Made by a program: the position numbers and the translations under genes. 64,000 nucleotides of DNA from Callorhinchus milii (Eukaryota): positions 1-64,000 of the forward strand of contig NW_024704805.1 of assembly GCF_018977255.1 (NCBI RefSeq), given 5' to 3'. The notes beneath the pieces are model-generated. The model saw only the letters and a program-made list of their open reading frames with translations, searched no databases and was not told the origin of the DNA. This document shows, piece by piece, positions 50,553 to 62,231 of the stretch (position 1 is the first letter of the stretch; each line of letters begins with the position of its first letter).

Positions 50553-52367
50553 CATCTCAGCCGCGTTTCAATACAACATCCAATTGCTTTTATACAGCGG
50601 CTTTCAACAGTCACTCGGGGCAGGGAATCCTCCACTCAGCACTTGTGACCCCTGAAAGCCAAACCCTAACGCGAATCCTCTCACTCAGCTTTATTTAATT
50701 CTGCAAACCATAACACTAACGGGAAGGAGGATCATAATAATAATATAATAATTATTATTCGTTGGCTATGGCGACTTAAAAATTCATCCAGACGTCTCAA
50801 AGCACCTCAGAGAATACACAATATAGTGTAATGACTGTATGTTCTGTGCGCGAAACTGTAGCGAATTACACACGGCAGTGGATCATAAACTGTCGTGAAT
50901 TGACTGACCAATTTACATGTTATTATTATTTTAAATGAAATACTATCGGCGGAAAAGCAATCCGTCAATCAGTTTCCAACATACTGCAAGCTAAACACAT
51001 GTATGTACAGTAAGGAAACTTGCCCAACATATCGCCCTGGTGTGAATCCAACCCAGGTCTCTCGCTTTCGAGGCCTATGCTGTAATCACGGTTATTGCAT
51101 GAGTAGTTGACATCATGGGATGATTGAATTGTTGGTGTTGAGATTTGCTGTTATTGTGTGTTCTCTTGTGCTTTTGGCCCGACTCCCGGCGTCTCACAAC
51201 CCTTCACAGCATTCTACGTATCAAGTGTTTTGACACTTGTTACACAAACAGTGATGACAAGTGGATTTTCCTGCTTACTTGGTGTATATGATGAGCAACT
51301 CGATTCTCTACCGTAATAGTGCAACGGAGTCCTGCAGCTCAGAGGTTAGAGCAGTCGACTCGCCAGCGAGAGGACCCGGGTTCAATTACACCCAGGGCGA
51401 AACTTCCCGGCAAGATACCTTACTCCACAAGAATCTTTACGTGGAACTAAATTTTGGTTGATTTACCGATCGATTTTTCGGGGTGTAATAATTCATTCAA
51501 GAGAATAATAATAATTTGGTCACTCAATCCAAGATTTTTTGTGGGACACAGCTGTGCCCAATTGGCTGCTGTATTTGACCTACACAGCTCAGCCAATTCA
51601 TTTTAAATTATATTGTGTGAATCGCTTTATGACGTCTCGAATGCAGGAGAAGGCGCTATACCTGTTCAATTCCCTTTTGAAAGCTACTTTCAGACAGTGT
51701 ATTCTGAACAGTAAGATGTCTCGGAGTTTAAAAATGCCGCCTCAGCTCTCCTCCAGATATTTTGCCAATTATCCTCAATCTGCGAAATAAAGTGAGGAGC
51801 TGTACACGTTTGATATGTAAACGAAGTGTGACACGGGATATCCGTTAAGAGGTTGGACTGAAAGTCAATACACGTTTAAATCATATTCCAATCATAAAAT
51901 ATTAATGTCACCAAAACATGTCCCTGAATTGTGTAAAGTTAATCTTCACTGACAACAAAGACCTATGTGGCCAAAGGTGCAAAGATATTGAGAAAGTGGG
52001 AAATCTCAGATTGTTATGCATGATGTAACGTGAATAGTAGTGACTGTAGCTTTAAGTCAACTCACAGTCAATTCACGTCAGAGGGTATCCTGTATAGCGC
52101 TTTGAGAAGTCTGGAACACCTGATCAGACGCTATATTAAATGTAAGGATAACTATTATTTCTTTCACTCTTTCCCTACATGAAACATTCAATCACATTTA
52201 GCTTTTGGTAGGCAGTTAGTCACGTGTTTCCTATGAGAGACACATTAGTAAATTCACAAACTCTCAGGTAGGTCAACTCTCAGGAACAACTTCTGTGCTG
52301 AGATGAAACCCTTTCTCTCCTCTTTGGAGGATTTGGTACAGTGGTGTAATCTGACAGTAACACTGTG

Positions 52368-52650
52368 TGTGTGTTATGGCAGGGTAAAAGTTGGTGTTAG
52401 ATAGAGCCACGGGGAACGTAGACACATTGGATCTCTTCCTCTCGTGTCCAGTTTTGGCGTTAAAAGTTGAGTTGCCAACTTAGCACAGAAAGTGTCCCCA
52501 TCATAATAACCATGTCTCCGCGTGTTCAGTGCAGGGTCCGCTGGATACTAAATCTATCAGAACAATAAAACATTGTTGAAACCAGCAGATTAGGTGCAGC
52601 TCAGGATTACAGTCTGACCTACAGTAACAGACACTTCCATTGTGATTTGA
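52368..52650 (-). pseudogene. Highly degenerate V relic
   Basis: MEVSVTVGQTVILSCT*SAGFNNVLLF**... and a frameshifted SNVSTFPVALSNTNFYP. RSS: CACAGTG, 23 nt, ACCAAATCC (52329-52367). Confidence 0.65.
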
Positions 52651-53705
52651 AATAAATGGTTAAGTAGAATTCATCTGCTGTCAGCTACATAACAATAATC
52701 ATTGCTTTTGATGGAGTCAATGTGTGTTTCCTGCAGGAGCGCACAGCACTGTCCCACGAACAGTCGTGTATTGAGGGTCCAAACTATTTCTACTTAACCT
52801 ATAAGGAAAAACCTCTTTGTTAAAGGCAAGGGTTAATCAATAATAATACCAACTTGTTTAATGCAGGAGTTACTGTCTCGGCAAATGATCCGACAGTCGA
52901 CTAACAAACGGGTTCGTACTCACAGCTAAGAAAGCAGAAGTGTTTGTGGATTGAGGACACTTGCCCAACATTTTTCTCAGCCTGGGATTCGAACCCAGGT
53001 CCTCTCGCTTGCGAGGCGAGTTATCTAACCACTGAGGCACTGGACTCCACTGACAGTAAAATATCACTTCACGGATTCTCTGTGTGAATATAACTGTTTG
53101 TTGCGACGATTTTACTACGAAACGCAATAAAATTTACATCATATTCTATTAAGCGATTTGGGACGTCTCAATGACGTGATACGCCACGACATCAAACACA
53201 AGGAATATCACATTTTATTAGGCTTTTATTACCATAATTACCAACATCTGTAACTCACTAATTATCCAAATTCCGACACAGCTTTATCAGAATCTAATAT
53301 CTGTTGGTGAAAAAAAACAAATATAATAATAATAAACCTTGCATTTGATATAGCGCTTTTTACGTCGGGAGGACGTCCCAAAGCGCTTCACAGAACACAC
53401 TGTAAAGCGAATTGACTGTATATATATGGGCGAACGCGGTAGCCAATTGCTCGCAGCAGTTTCCCACAAACAGGCGTAGATTGAAAATGACCAATATATT
53501 ATTGTTTTTTGGTTTTGCACGGATTATATAGACAGCGAGTAAAGTGTCACATATTTTTAATTACTTGATATGAGCTCAATAAGCTATGGTGGAAGTTTGG
53601 AAAAGCTTTGTTGCACTGTCTGTCACTAACTGTACTGTATTGTTTTCCACCTTTGGTTGTGATGAGGGTTATTGTACGAGGCTTCCTATGATGTGTATCA
53701 CTGTG

Positions 53706-54007
53706 GTGCAGACTGAGTGCACAGTGATACATAGCGGAGTCTGTCAGCCGCCGGCCGGCGATGGTTACAATGCTGATTTTCTTGGCAGTGTCAAGAGAAG
53801 CAGAAATATTATTACCGGTGGGGTTTCCTCCCTCTCCTGAGGGTTTTCTGTGGAGCAGGTATTTCAGTCCATCGCCAGGGGCCTGACGGTACCAGGAGAC
53901 GCTGAAATACTGTCCACAGAAACGTGAATATTGCCCATTTAAATTTATCCTCTCACCAGCAAAAGCAGTTTGTTCAGGCGGTGACTGGGAAACTGTATAA
54001 CTGGATC
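53706..54007 (-). CDS. Supporting TCR-delta V exon, cassette 2 (first conserved Cys changed to Gly)
   Basis: Open frame NLNGQYSRFCGQYFSVSWYRQAPG...AMYHCALSLH. RSS: CACAGTG, 23 nt, ACAATAACC (53667-53705). Confidence 0.88.
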
Positions 54008-56148
54008 CTGCGGGAAGCAAATTACAGGTTACTTAGAGTCATGGAATTATGGAAATTTGCAGCACATAAGGAGGACATTCGGATCCTTCTTCTCTTTATC
54101 GGCTCTTTCAAATGAGCTATTCAATTGAATCCCACTCCTCCGCTCTTGTCACATAACATTGTATCATTCCTTCTGATGCATTTATCCCTTTGCCTTCCGA
54201 AATTTATTATCGAATCTGTTTCCGCCACTCTTTCAGGCAGTGCATTGCAGTCAGAAGTAATTATCATTTGAAATAAAATCTCCTCCTCTCCCATCTGATC
54301 CTTTGACCATTCATCTTAAACTTGTGTTTCGTGGTTACTGACCCATTTGAGTAAGGAAACAGTTTCTCATTATCTACTCCATAAAAAACTCTCACAAGTT
54401 TCAACACTGGCATTAGTTCAGCAGTAAATCTTCGATGCTATGAGGAGAACATTTTCAGGCACTTTTGCCTTCGTACACATGAATCCTATCTTCCCAGGAA
54501 TCATTCTGGTAAATCGCCTTTTCTCCCTGCACAAGGCCTGGAAATTCTTTATACTAAATGCAAGAATGCTTTTAATAACAATGATAGAAAGAGCAGATGA
54601 TTGCATGAAAATGGGTAGCTCTTGAAAGTGCAGACAAACTTTGTCTATGACAACATATACGATGTGTATTAAATGTATCATTTTATTTAAGCTTTCTTTG
54701 TCTAATCTTATACTTGTTTGCTCTGATGAAGTCCACATTGAGTCTTTCGTTGTCTGTGATCATGGGAATGTTTAGCAGAGAACCAGGTGTCAGTATGTAC
54801 CGTTAACTCAGCGAGTTTACAGTTGAGGCAAATGGAAAGTTTCCTGCTGTAAATGTCGTTTCTTTAACATCGCTGCTGGATAAGGTTTAATCTCTGGTTT
54901 GTTGCCAATATTCAGTTGCTCTCAGTCTGTGACCTGCTCATTTCAGTTCCACTTGTGCCATCAGTCAAGTGTTTGTATATGTCACTCCCTTTCTCTCTTT
55001 CTCTCTTTCTCTCTCACGCTCTCTTTATCTATCTCTTTCTTTATTTTGTTCTTTCTTTTCTTTCTTTCTTTCTTTCTTTCTTCCCATCATTTTATCTTTC
55101 TGTCGTTCTTTCAGTGGAATTTCTTTCGTTCACGAACCGGCTCAATGCATTTGTTTCGGATGCTCTCCAGATGGAAAAATGCACTATGTAAACGCAAGTT
55201 ACAGTTATGAGCTCCAGGATACAATTTACAGTGTACGTCAGCAATTTGAACTCGCGAGAGAGTAAACAAAAACACATCACCTCTTGTGCACTGTCTACTC
55301 TCTGTCTCCGAATATGTTGACAACACAGGATACATTTCTTAATATATGAGTAAAAATTTTATGGGGATAGGGACTGACTGTTAGCTCTTCAAAATGTCGG
55401 AATGGCCCCAATCTGTGCTATAATAATTAACGATGCATTGTTTATACTTTGCTCAACTGGGTCACAAGCCATTAATATTAAAATTATCCAAATTGCGAAT
55501 TTAGGGCCCACATGACATTGCGCCTGCATCAAATATTCACACGTTGTTCAACACAGGAAAGCGTCATGCCACGCTTTTATGAAAAATATTGTCTGACTAA
55601 CTAATCCGCTGCATGTCCTGTCCAGCTTGAAAATTCCTACATTGCACTTTTCCAAGCAGGTCTAATGGGAGCAGAGTGGTGAAGGAAGCTAACCTCAGTT
55701 ATTGATCTGTCCTTCCAACTCATGTCACATTGGAGCCAATTCAGCTCCGATGAGATCGCCTTCTCCTTCCCCTCGGGAGGACAGAGGAGATTAGGGACAA
55801 CATTTCTATCTGACAAAGGCTACATATATTGATTACCCGAATTTACACGAAATAGGTCCTCTGCGTATAGCCCTTTGCAATTACTGTCCAGAGAAAGTCA
55901 GTGACTTTACGAAACAAAGAAATAAAAGTAGGTCAATTGAGAAGATACGCTTCGTAGTGGAAACAGAATAATCTTTTCCACATCAAAAACATAGAGATTT
56001 TCACGATTGATCAAGTGGATTGCTTCAATAGAACAGTTGCAAATAGCAAGGTTGCAGATAATTGGGAGCAACTAGGTCGAATAATACGTTTTACAAATGC
56101 AGGTTAATAAAGTTTTGTTTTAAGTCAATAACATTTATTCTCACTCAC

Positions 56149-56205
56149 GTTTTGTTACAGTTACTTTGGTTCCTGATCCATCTTTGGTTTCTGTTCTCCA
56201 TGTAC
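56149..56205 (-). CDS. NAR-TCR J segment, cassette 2
   Basis: TWRTETKDGSGTKVTVTK, donor GTGAGT. RSS: CACAATC, 23 nt, GCAAAAACT (56206-56244). Confidence 0.9.
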
Positions 56206-56588
56206 CACAATCACTCAACTCTCATTCTGCAAGGCGCAAAAACTGTTCTTACAGATCATGGTTTCACACTGGCACCAACACAATCAAATTCTGACAAATT
56301 GATCATTAGTTCTTATATCTCCACCCCTGTCACTTCTCCGTACTTTTCGTCTGCCAAGTCACGTTTAGCTTCAATAATATTTCCACAGAAACACAATAAA
56401 AGTGAAAGACACAGAGAAACTCTTTCTTTAAATAACTCCAGAAATTTCTGCTTGAAATAATTAATTGCGTAAGCAAGCTTTCGACACATTGAACAAAATG
56501 AAAACAAGGAGGCAGTAATCAGTGTCCACGTCCAATGTTTTATGATGAAAATAGCGGTACTGTATTTGCGCTGAGGTTTTCCAATGTG

Positions 56589-56605
56589 GTTTCCCCGAAT
56601 ACCAA
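56589..56605 (-). CDS. NAR-TCR D segment, cassette 2
   Basis: Same 17-mer and 12/12 RSS as 13319-13335. Confidence 0.8.
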
Positions 56606-56984
56606 CACAGTATTTAATGTCAATGCAAAATGGCTGGTTTGTGAAAAAAATTAAATTATTTCTGCCTTTGAAATGATCAATGAATGACATAACGTGCCAT
56701 GTGCTTTTGAACATTTTCCAAGTGGAACTTAACAATCCATCTGTCTGCAATGATTAAATTGTGTATATGAAAGGCAGCCAATGTCCAGTCATACACACTC
56801 CTTTTCCTATCTATTCATAAATGATGATTGCTTCTCGAAACAATTGTTATTATATATCATAACTCGTCAAATACGAACGAAGAATGTGCATTAAATTCAA
56901 TGATAGGCTCATATTCTCTGTGTTTTTGCTGCGAGTTGGTGAAGAGGGTTTTTGGAGTGTCGGAAGCCCAGATGAAGCATTGTG

Positions 56985-57273
56985 GTATACCAATACTCGT
57001 AACGAGCTTTACAGTAATAGTCTGCGCTGTCTTCAACTTGCAAGTCATTAATTTCTAGTGAAGACGTCTTTGATCCCTTGTCTGTCTTTACAACAAACCG
57101 TCCACCACGAGGGATGGGCTTCCAATGTTCCTCGTCTCGAAAATGCCTAAAATAGTCCATGGTCTGGAAATAGTCATTAGATCCCGATTTGAAGACACAA
57201 GTGATAGTCAAAGGCTCGCATTCTTGTTTCCTAACAGAAGATGGCGTCTGATTTACTGAATCACTGAAAACAT
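56985..57273 (-). CDS. NAR-TCR V exon, cassette 2
   Basis: VFSDSVNQTPSSVRKQECEPLTITCVFKSGSNDYFQTMDYFR...DYYCKARYEYWY; 22-spacer RSS with heptamer at 56978-56984. Confidence 0.92.
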
Positions 57274-57662
57274 CTGAAAATTATATATTACATATCATTA
57301 GTTAAAAAGATCTTCAACACTGACCACTTCTCATCACGTTACATTCCTACCCTTGGCTTGTCTTATTTGATATCAATTGATATAATCTAATCTTTATATA
57401 TAATATAGTTACAAAATTAATTTACCTAAACAATTTTATAAATGATGAAATACGGCTATGATAATACATTTTATACCAAACGGCTGCCACGTTTCGACCA
57501 CAAAAAAGATAGTCAGTTCACTTTACAATATATTCAGTGAAGCGCGTTGTGACGGTTCTTCGCCGTCGATATGCGATATATCTAATTCAAGGATTATTAT
57601 TATTAATTTATCGCATATTGTTATGATGACATCCACTGGTGCTGTGTAATGGAAACACTTAC

Positions 57663-57705
57663 ATTGTAAGAAGAGAAAGGAGATGAAAGCACAGAGGACA
57701 GACAT
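57663..57705 (-). CDS. Leader exon, NAR-TCR cassette 2
   Basis: MSVLCAFISFLFLQ with GTAAGT donor. Confidence 0.9.
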
Positions 57706-58225
57706 CCTCTCACCGCTGGGAGATACCGTCAGCCCCGGACAACTGAGAGTGACTGTGAGTAACACAGGGCTGTTCTGTAAGAGCGTTGGAGACTGGGTTT
57801 ATTTGTGTTGAACAGCGTCACATCATGGCTGGTATCAGCAGCTTTGAGGGATTGGCGGTGGTTGGTTTGGAGGCGGAGCGGAAAAACATACATTACATAC
57901 GCCACGACATCAAGCAGGTGGACTATCACATTTTTATTACGTTTTTATTACCGTAATTATTAACATCTGTAACAAGCTAATCATCTAAATTCCGTCAAAG
58001 ATGTATCCCTATCTAATATCTGTTGATGAAAAATAAACAAATATACACCGAATAAAGTTTCACATATTTTAAATGACTTGATATGAGTTCAGTAAGGTGT
58101 AAGGCACAGTGGCAGTTGGAAAGGGTTTGCTTACACTCTCTGTCACTAGCTGCACTGTACTGTTTCCCAGCTTTGGTTGTGATGAGGGTTATTGTACGAG
58201 GCTTCCTATGATGTGTATCACTGTG

Positions 58226-58527
58226 GTGCAGACTGAGTGCACAGTGATAAATAGCGGAGTCTGTCAGCCGCAGGCCGGCGATGGTTAAAATGCTGATTTT
58301 CTTGGCAGTGTCAAGAGAAGCAGAAATATTATTATCGTTGGGGTTTCCTTCCTCTCCTGAGGTTTTTCTGTCGAGCAGGTATTTCAGTCCATCGCCAGGG
58401 GACTGACGGTACCAGGAGACGCTGAAATCCTGTCCACAGAATCCTGAATATTGGCAATTTAAATTTATCCTCTCACCAGCAAAAGCAGTTTGTTGAGGCG
58501 GTGACTGGGAAACTGTATAACTGGATC
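58226..58527 (-). CDS. Supporting TCR-delta V exon, cassette 3
   Basis: Same as cassette 1 except AIYHC vs AMYHC; RSS at 58187-58225. Confidence 0.92.
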
Positions 58528-60675
58528 CTGCGGGAAGCAAATTGCAGGTTACTTAGAATCATGGAATTATGGAAATTTGCAGCACATAAGGAGGACATTC
58601 GGCCCTTCTTGTCTTTATCGGCTCTTTGAAATGAGCTATTCAATTGAATCCCTCTCCCCGCTCTTGTCACATAACACTGTATCATTCCTTCCGATGCATT
58701 TATCCCATTGCCTTCCGAAATTTATTATCGAATCTGTTTCCGCCACTCTTTCAGGCAGTGCATTGCAGTCAGAAGTAATTATCATTTGAATTAAAATCTC
58801 CTCCTCTCCCATCTGATCCTTTGACCATTCATCTTAAACTTCTGTTTCGTGGTTACTGACCCATTTGAGTAAGGAAACTGTTTCTCATTATCTACTCCAT
58901 AAAAAACTCTCACAAGTTTCAACACTGGCATTAGTTCACCAGTAAATCTTCGATTCTATGAGGAGAACATTTTCATGCACTTTTGCCTTCATACACATGA
59001 ATCCTCTCTTCCCAGGAATCATTCTGGTAAATCGCCTTTTCTCCCTGCACAAGGCCTGGAAATTCTTTATACTAAATGTTAGAATGCTTTTAATAACAAT
59101 GATAGAAAGAGCAGATGATTGCATGAAAATGGGTAGCTCTTGAAAGTGCAGACACACTATGTCTGTGACAACATATATGATGTGTATTAAATGTATCATT
59201 TTATTTCAGCTTTGTTTGTCTAATCATATATTTGTTTGCTCAGATGAAGCCCACATTGAGTGTATCGGTGTCTGTGATCATGGAAATGTTTAGCAGAGAA
59301 CCAGGTGTCAGTATGTACCGTTAACTCAGCGAGTTTACAGTTGAGGCAAATGGAAAGTTTCCTGCTGTAAATGTCGTTTCTTTAACATCGCTGCTGGATA
59401 AGATTTAATCTCTGGTTTGTTGCCAATATTCAGTTGCTCTCAGTCTGTGACCTGCTCATTTCAGTTCCACTTGTGCCATTAGTCAATTGTTTTGTATATG
59501 TCACTCCCTTTCTCTCTTTCTCTCTCTCGCTCTCTTTATCTCTCTCTTTCTTTATTTCGTTCTTTCTTTCTTCTTTTCTTTCTTTCTTTCTTTCTTCCCA
59601 TCTTTTTATCTTTTATCTTTCTGTCGTTCTTTCAGTGGAATTTGTTTCGTTCACGAACCGGCTCAATGCATTTGTTTCGAATGCTCTCCAGATGGAAAAA
59701 TGCACTATGTAAACGCAAGTTATACTTCTTAGCGCCAGGATACCATTTACACTGTACATCAGCAATTTTGAACTAGCGAGAGAATAAACAGAAACAACTC
59801 ACCTCTTGTGCACTGTGTACTTTCTGTCTCCGAATATGTTGGCAACACAGGATACATTTCTTAATATATGAGTAAAAATGATATGGGGAAAGGGACTGAA
59901 TGTTAGCTCTTCAAAATGTCGGAATGGCCCCATTCTTTGCTGTAATAATTAACGATGGTATGTTTATACTTTGCCCAAGTGGGTCAGAAGCCATCAATAT
60001 TAAAATTAACCAAATCGTGAATTCTGCGCCAAAATGATATTGCGCCTGCATCAAATATTCACACGTTGTTCAACACAGGAAAGCGTCCTGCCACGCTTTT
60101 ATGAAAAAGATTGTCTGACTAACTAATCCGCTCCATGTCCTGTTCAGCTTGAAAAGTCCTACCCATTATGGTACTTTTCCCAGCAGGTCTAATGGGAGCA
60201 GAATGGTGAAGGAAGCTAACCTCAGTTATTGATCTGTCTTTCCAACTCATGTCACATTGGAGCCAATTCAGCTCCGATGAGAACGCCTTCTCCTTCCCCT
60301 CTAGAGGACAGAGGAGATTAGGGACAACATTTCTATCTGACAAAGGCTACATATATTGATTACCCGAATTTACACGGAATAGGTCCTCTGCGCATAGCCC
60401 TTTGCAATTACTGTCCAGAAAATGTCAGTGATTTTACGAAACAAAGAAATAAAAGTAGGTCAATTGAGAACATACGCTTCGTAGTGGAAACAGAATAATC
60501 TTTTCCACATCAAAAACATAGAGATTTTCACGATTGATCAAGTGGATTGCTTCAATAGAACAGATGCAAATAGCAAGGTTGCAGATAATTGGGAGCAACT
60601 AGTTCGAATAATACGTTTTACAAAAGCAGGTTAATAAAGTTACGTTTTAAGTCAATGACATTTATCCTCACTCAC

Positions 60676-60732
60676 GTTTTGTTACAGTTACTTTGGTTCC
60701 TGATCCATCTTTGTATTCTGTTCTCCGTGTAC
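60676..60732 (-). CDS. NAR-TCR J segment, cassette 3
   Basis: TRRTEYKDGSGTKVTVTK. RSS: CACAGTC, 23 nt, GCTAAACCT (60733-60771). Confidence 0.9.
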
Positions 60733-61113
60733 CACAGTCACTCAACTCTCGTTCTACAAGGTGCTAAACCTGTTTTTACAGATCATGGTTTCACACTGGC
60801 ACCAACACAATCAAATTCTGACAAATTGATCATTAGTTCTTATATCTCCACCCCTGTCACTTCTCCGTACTTTTCGTCTGCCAAGTCACGTTTAGCTTCA
60901 ATAATATTTCCACAGAAACACAATAAAAGTGAAAGACACAGAGAACTCTTTCTTTAAATAACTCCAGAAATTTCTGCTTGAAATAATTAATTGCGTAAGC
61001 AAGCTTTCGACACATTGAACAAAATGAAAACAGGAGGCAGTAATCAGTGTCCACGTCCAATGTTTTATGATGAAAATAGCGGTACTGTATTTGCGCTGAG
61101 GTTTTCCAATGTG

Positions 61114-61130
61114 GTTTCCCCGAATACCAA
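61114..61130 (-). CDS. NAR-TCR D segment, cassette 3
   Basis: Same 17-mer and 12/12 RSS. Confidence 0.8.
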
Positions 61131-61510
61131 CACAGTATTTAATGTCAATGCAAAATGGCTGGTTTGTGAAAAAAATTAAATTATTTCTGCCTTTGAAATG
61201 ATCAATGAATGACATAACGTGCCATGTGCTTTTGAACATTTTCCAAGTGGAACTTAACAATCCATCTGTCTGCAATGATTAAATTGTGTATATGAAAGGC
61301 AGCCAATGTCCAGTCATACACACTCTCTTTTCCTATCTATTCATAAATGATGATTGCTTCTCGAAACAATTGTTATTATATATCATAACTCGTCAAATAC
61401 GAACGAAGAATGTGCATTAAATTCAATGATAGGCTCATATTCTCTGTGTTTTTGCTGCGAGTTGGTGAAGAGGGTTTTTGGAGTGTCGGAAGCCCAGATG
61501 AAGCATTGTG

Positions 61511-61799
61511 GTATACCAATACTCGTAACGAGCTTTACAGTAATAGTCTGCGCTGTCTTCAACTTGCAAGTCATTAATTTCTAGTGAAGACGTCTTTGAT
61601 CCCTTGTCTGTCTTTACAACAAACCGTCCACCACGAGGGATGGGCTTCCAATGTTCCTCGTCTCGAAAATGCCTAAAATAGTCCATGGTCTGGAAATAGT
61701 CATTAGATCCCGATTTGAAGACACAAGTGATAGTCAAAGGCTCGCATTCTTGTTTCCTAACAGAAGATGGCGTCTGATTTACTGAAGCACTGAAAACAT
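61511..61799 (-). CDS. NAR-TCR V exon, cassette 3
   Basis: VFSASVNQTPSSVRKQECEPLTITCVFKSGSNDY...YCKARYEYWY; heptamer at 61504-61510, 22 spacer. Confidence 0.92.
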
Positions 61800-62188
61800 C
61801 TGAAAATTATATATTACATATCATTAGTTAAAAAGATCTTCAACACTGACCACTTCTCATCAAGTTACATTCCTACCCTTGGCTTGTCTTAGTTGATATC
61901 AATTGATATAATCTAATCTTTATATATAATATAGTTACAAAATTAATTTACCTAAACAATTTTATAAATGATGAAATACGGCTATGATAATACATTTTAT
62001 ACCAAACGGCTGCCACGTTTCGACCACAAAAAAGATAGTCAGTTCACTTTACAATATATTCAGTGAAGCGCGTTGTGACGGTTCTTCGCCGTCGATATGC
62101 GATATATCAAATTCAAGGATTATTATTATTAGTTTATCGCATACTGTTATGATGACATCCACTGGTTCTGTGTAATAGAAACACTTAC

Positions 62189-62231
62189 ATTGTAAGAAGA
62201 GGAAGGAGATGGACACACAGAGGAGAGACAT
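62189..62231 (-). CDS. Leader exon, NAR-TCR cassette 3
   Basis: MSLLCVSISFLFLQ with GTAAGT donor. Confidence 0.9.

Larger units (their letters stand above)
52848..57895 (+). repeat. Segmental duplicate of 9671-14629 (cassette 2 block)
   Basis: Collinear direct-repeat match by eye, with an extra SINE piece near 53300-53520 and a deletion near 53090. Confidence 0.88.

Noticed and set aside
18054-52650. IgH-type V segments (VH-delta or TAILV) among the interspersed Vs
   Set aside because: None shows VH motifs such as W.RQ.PGK.LEW or a downstream private D; all look like TCR alpha/delta V.
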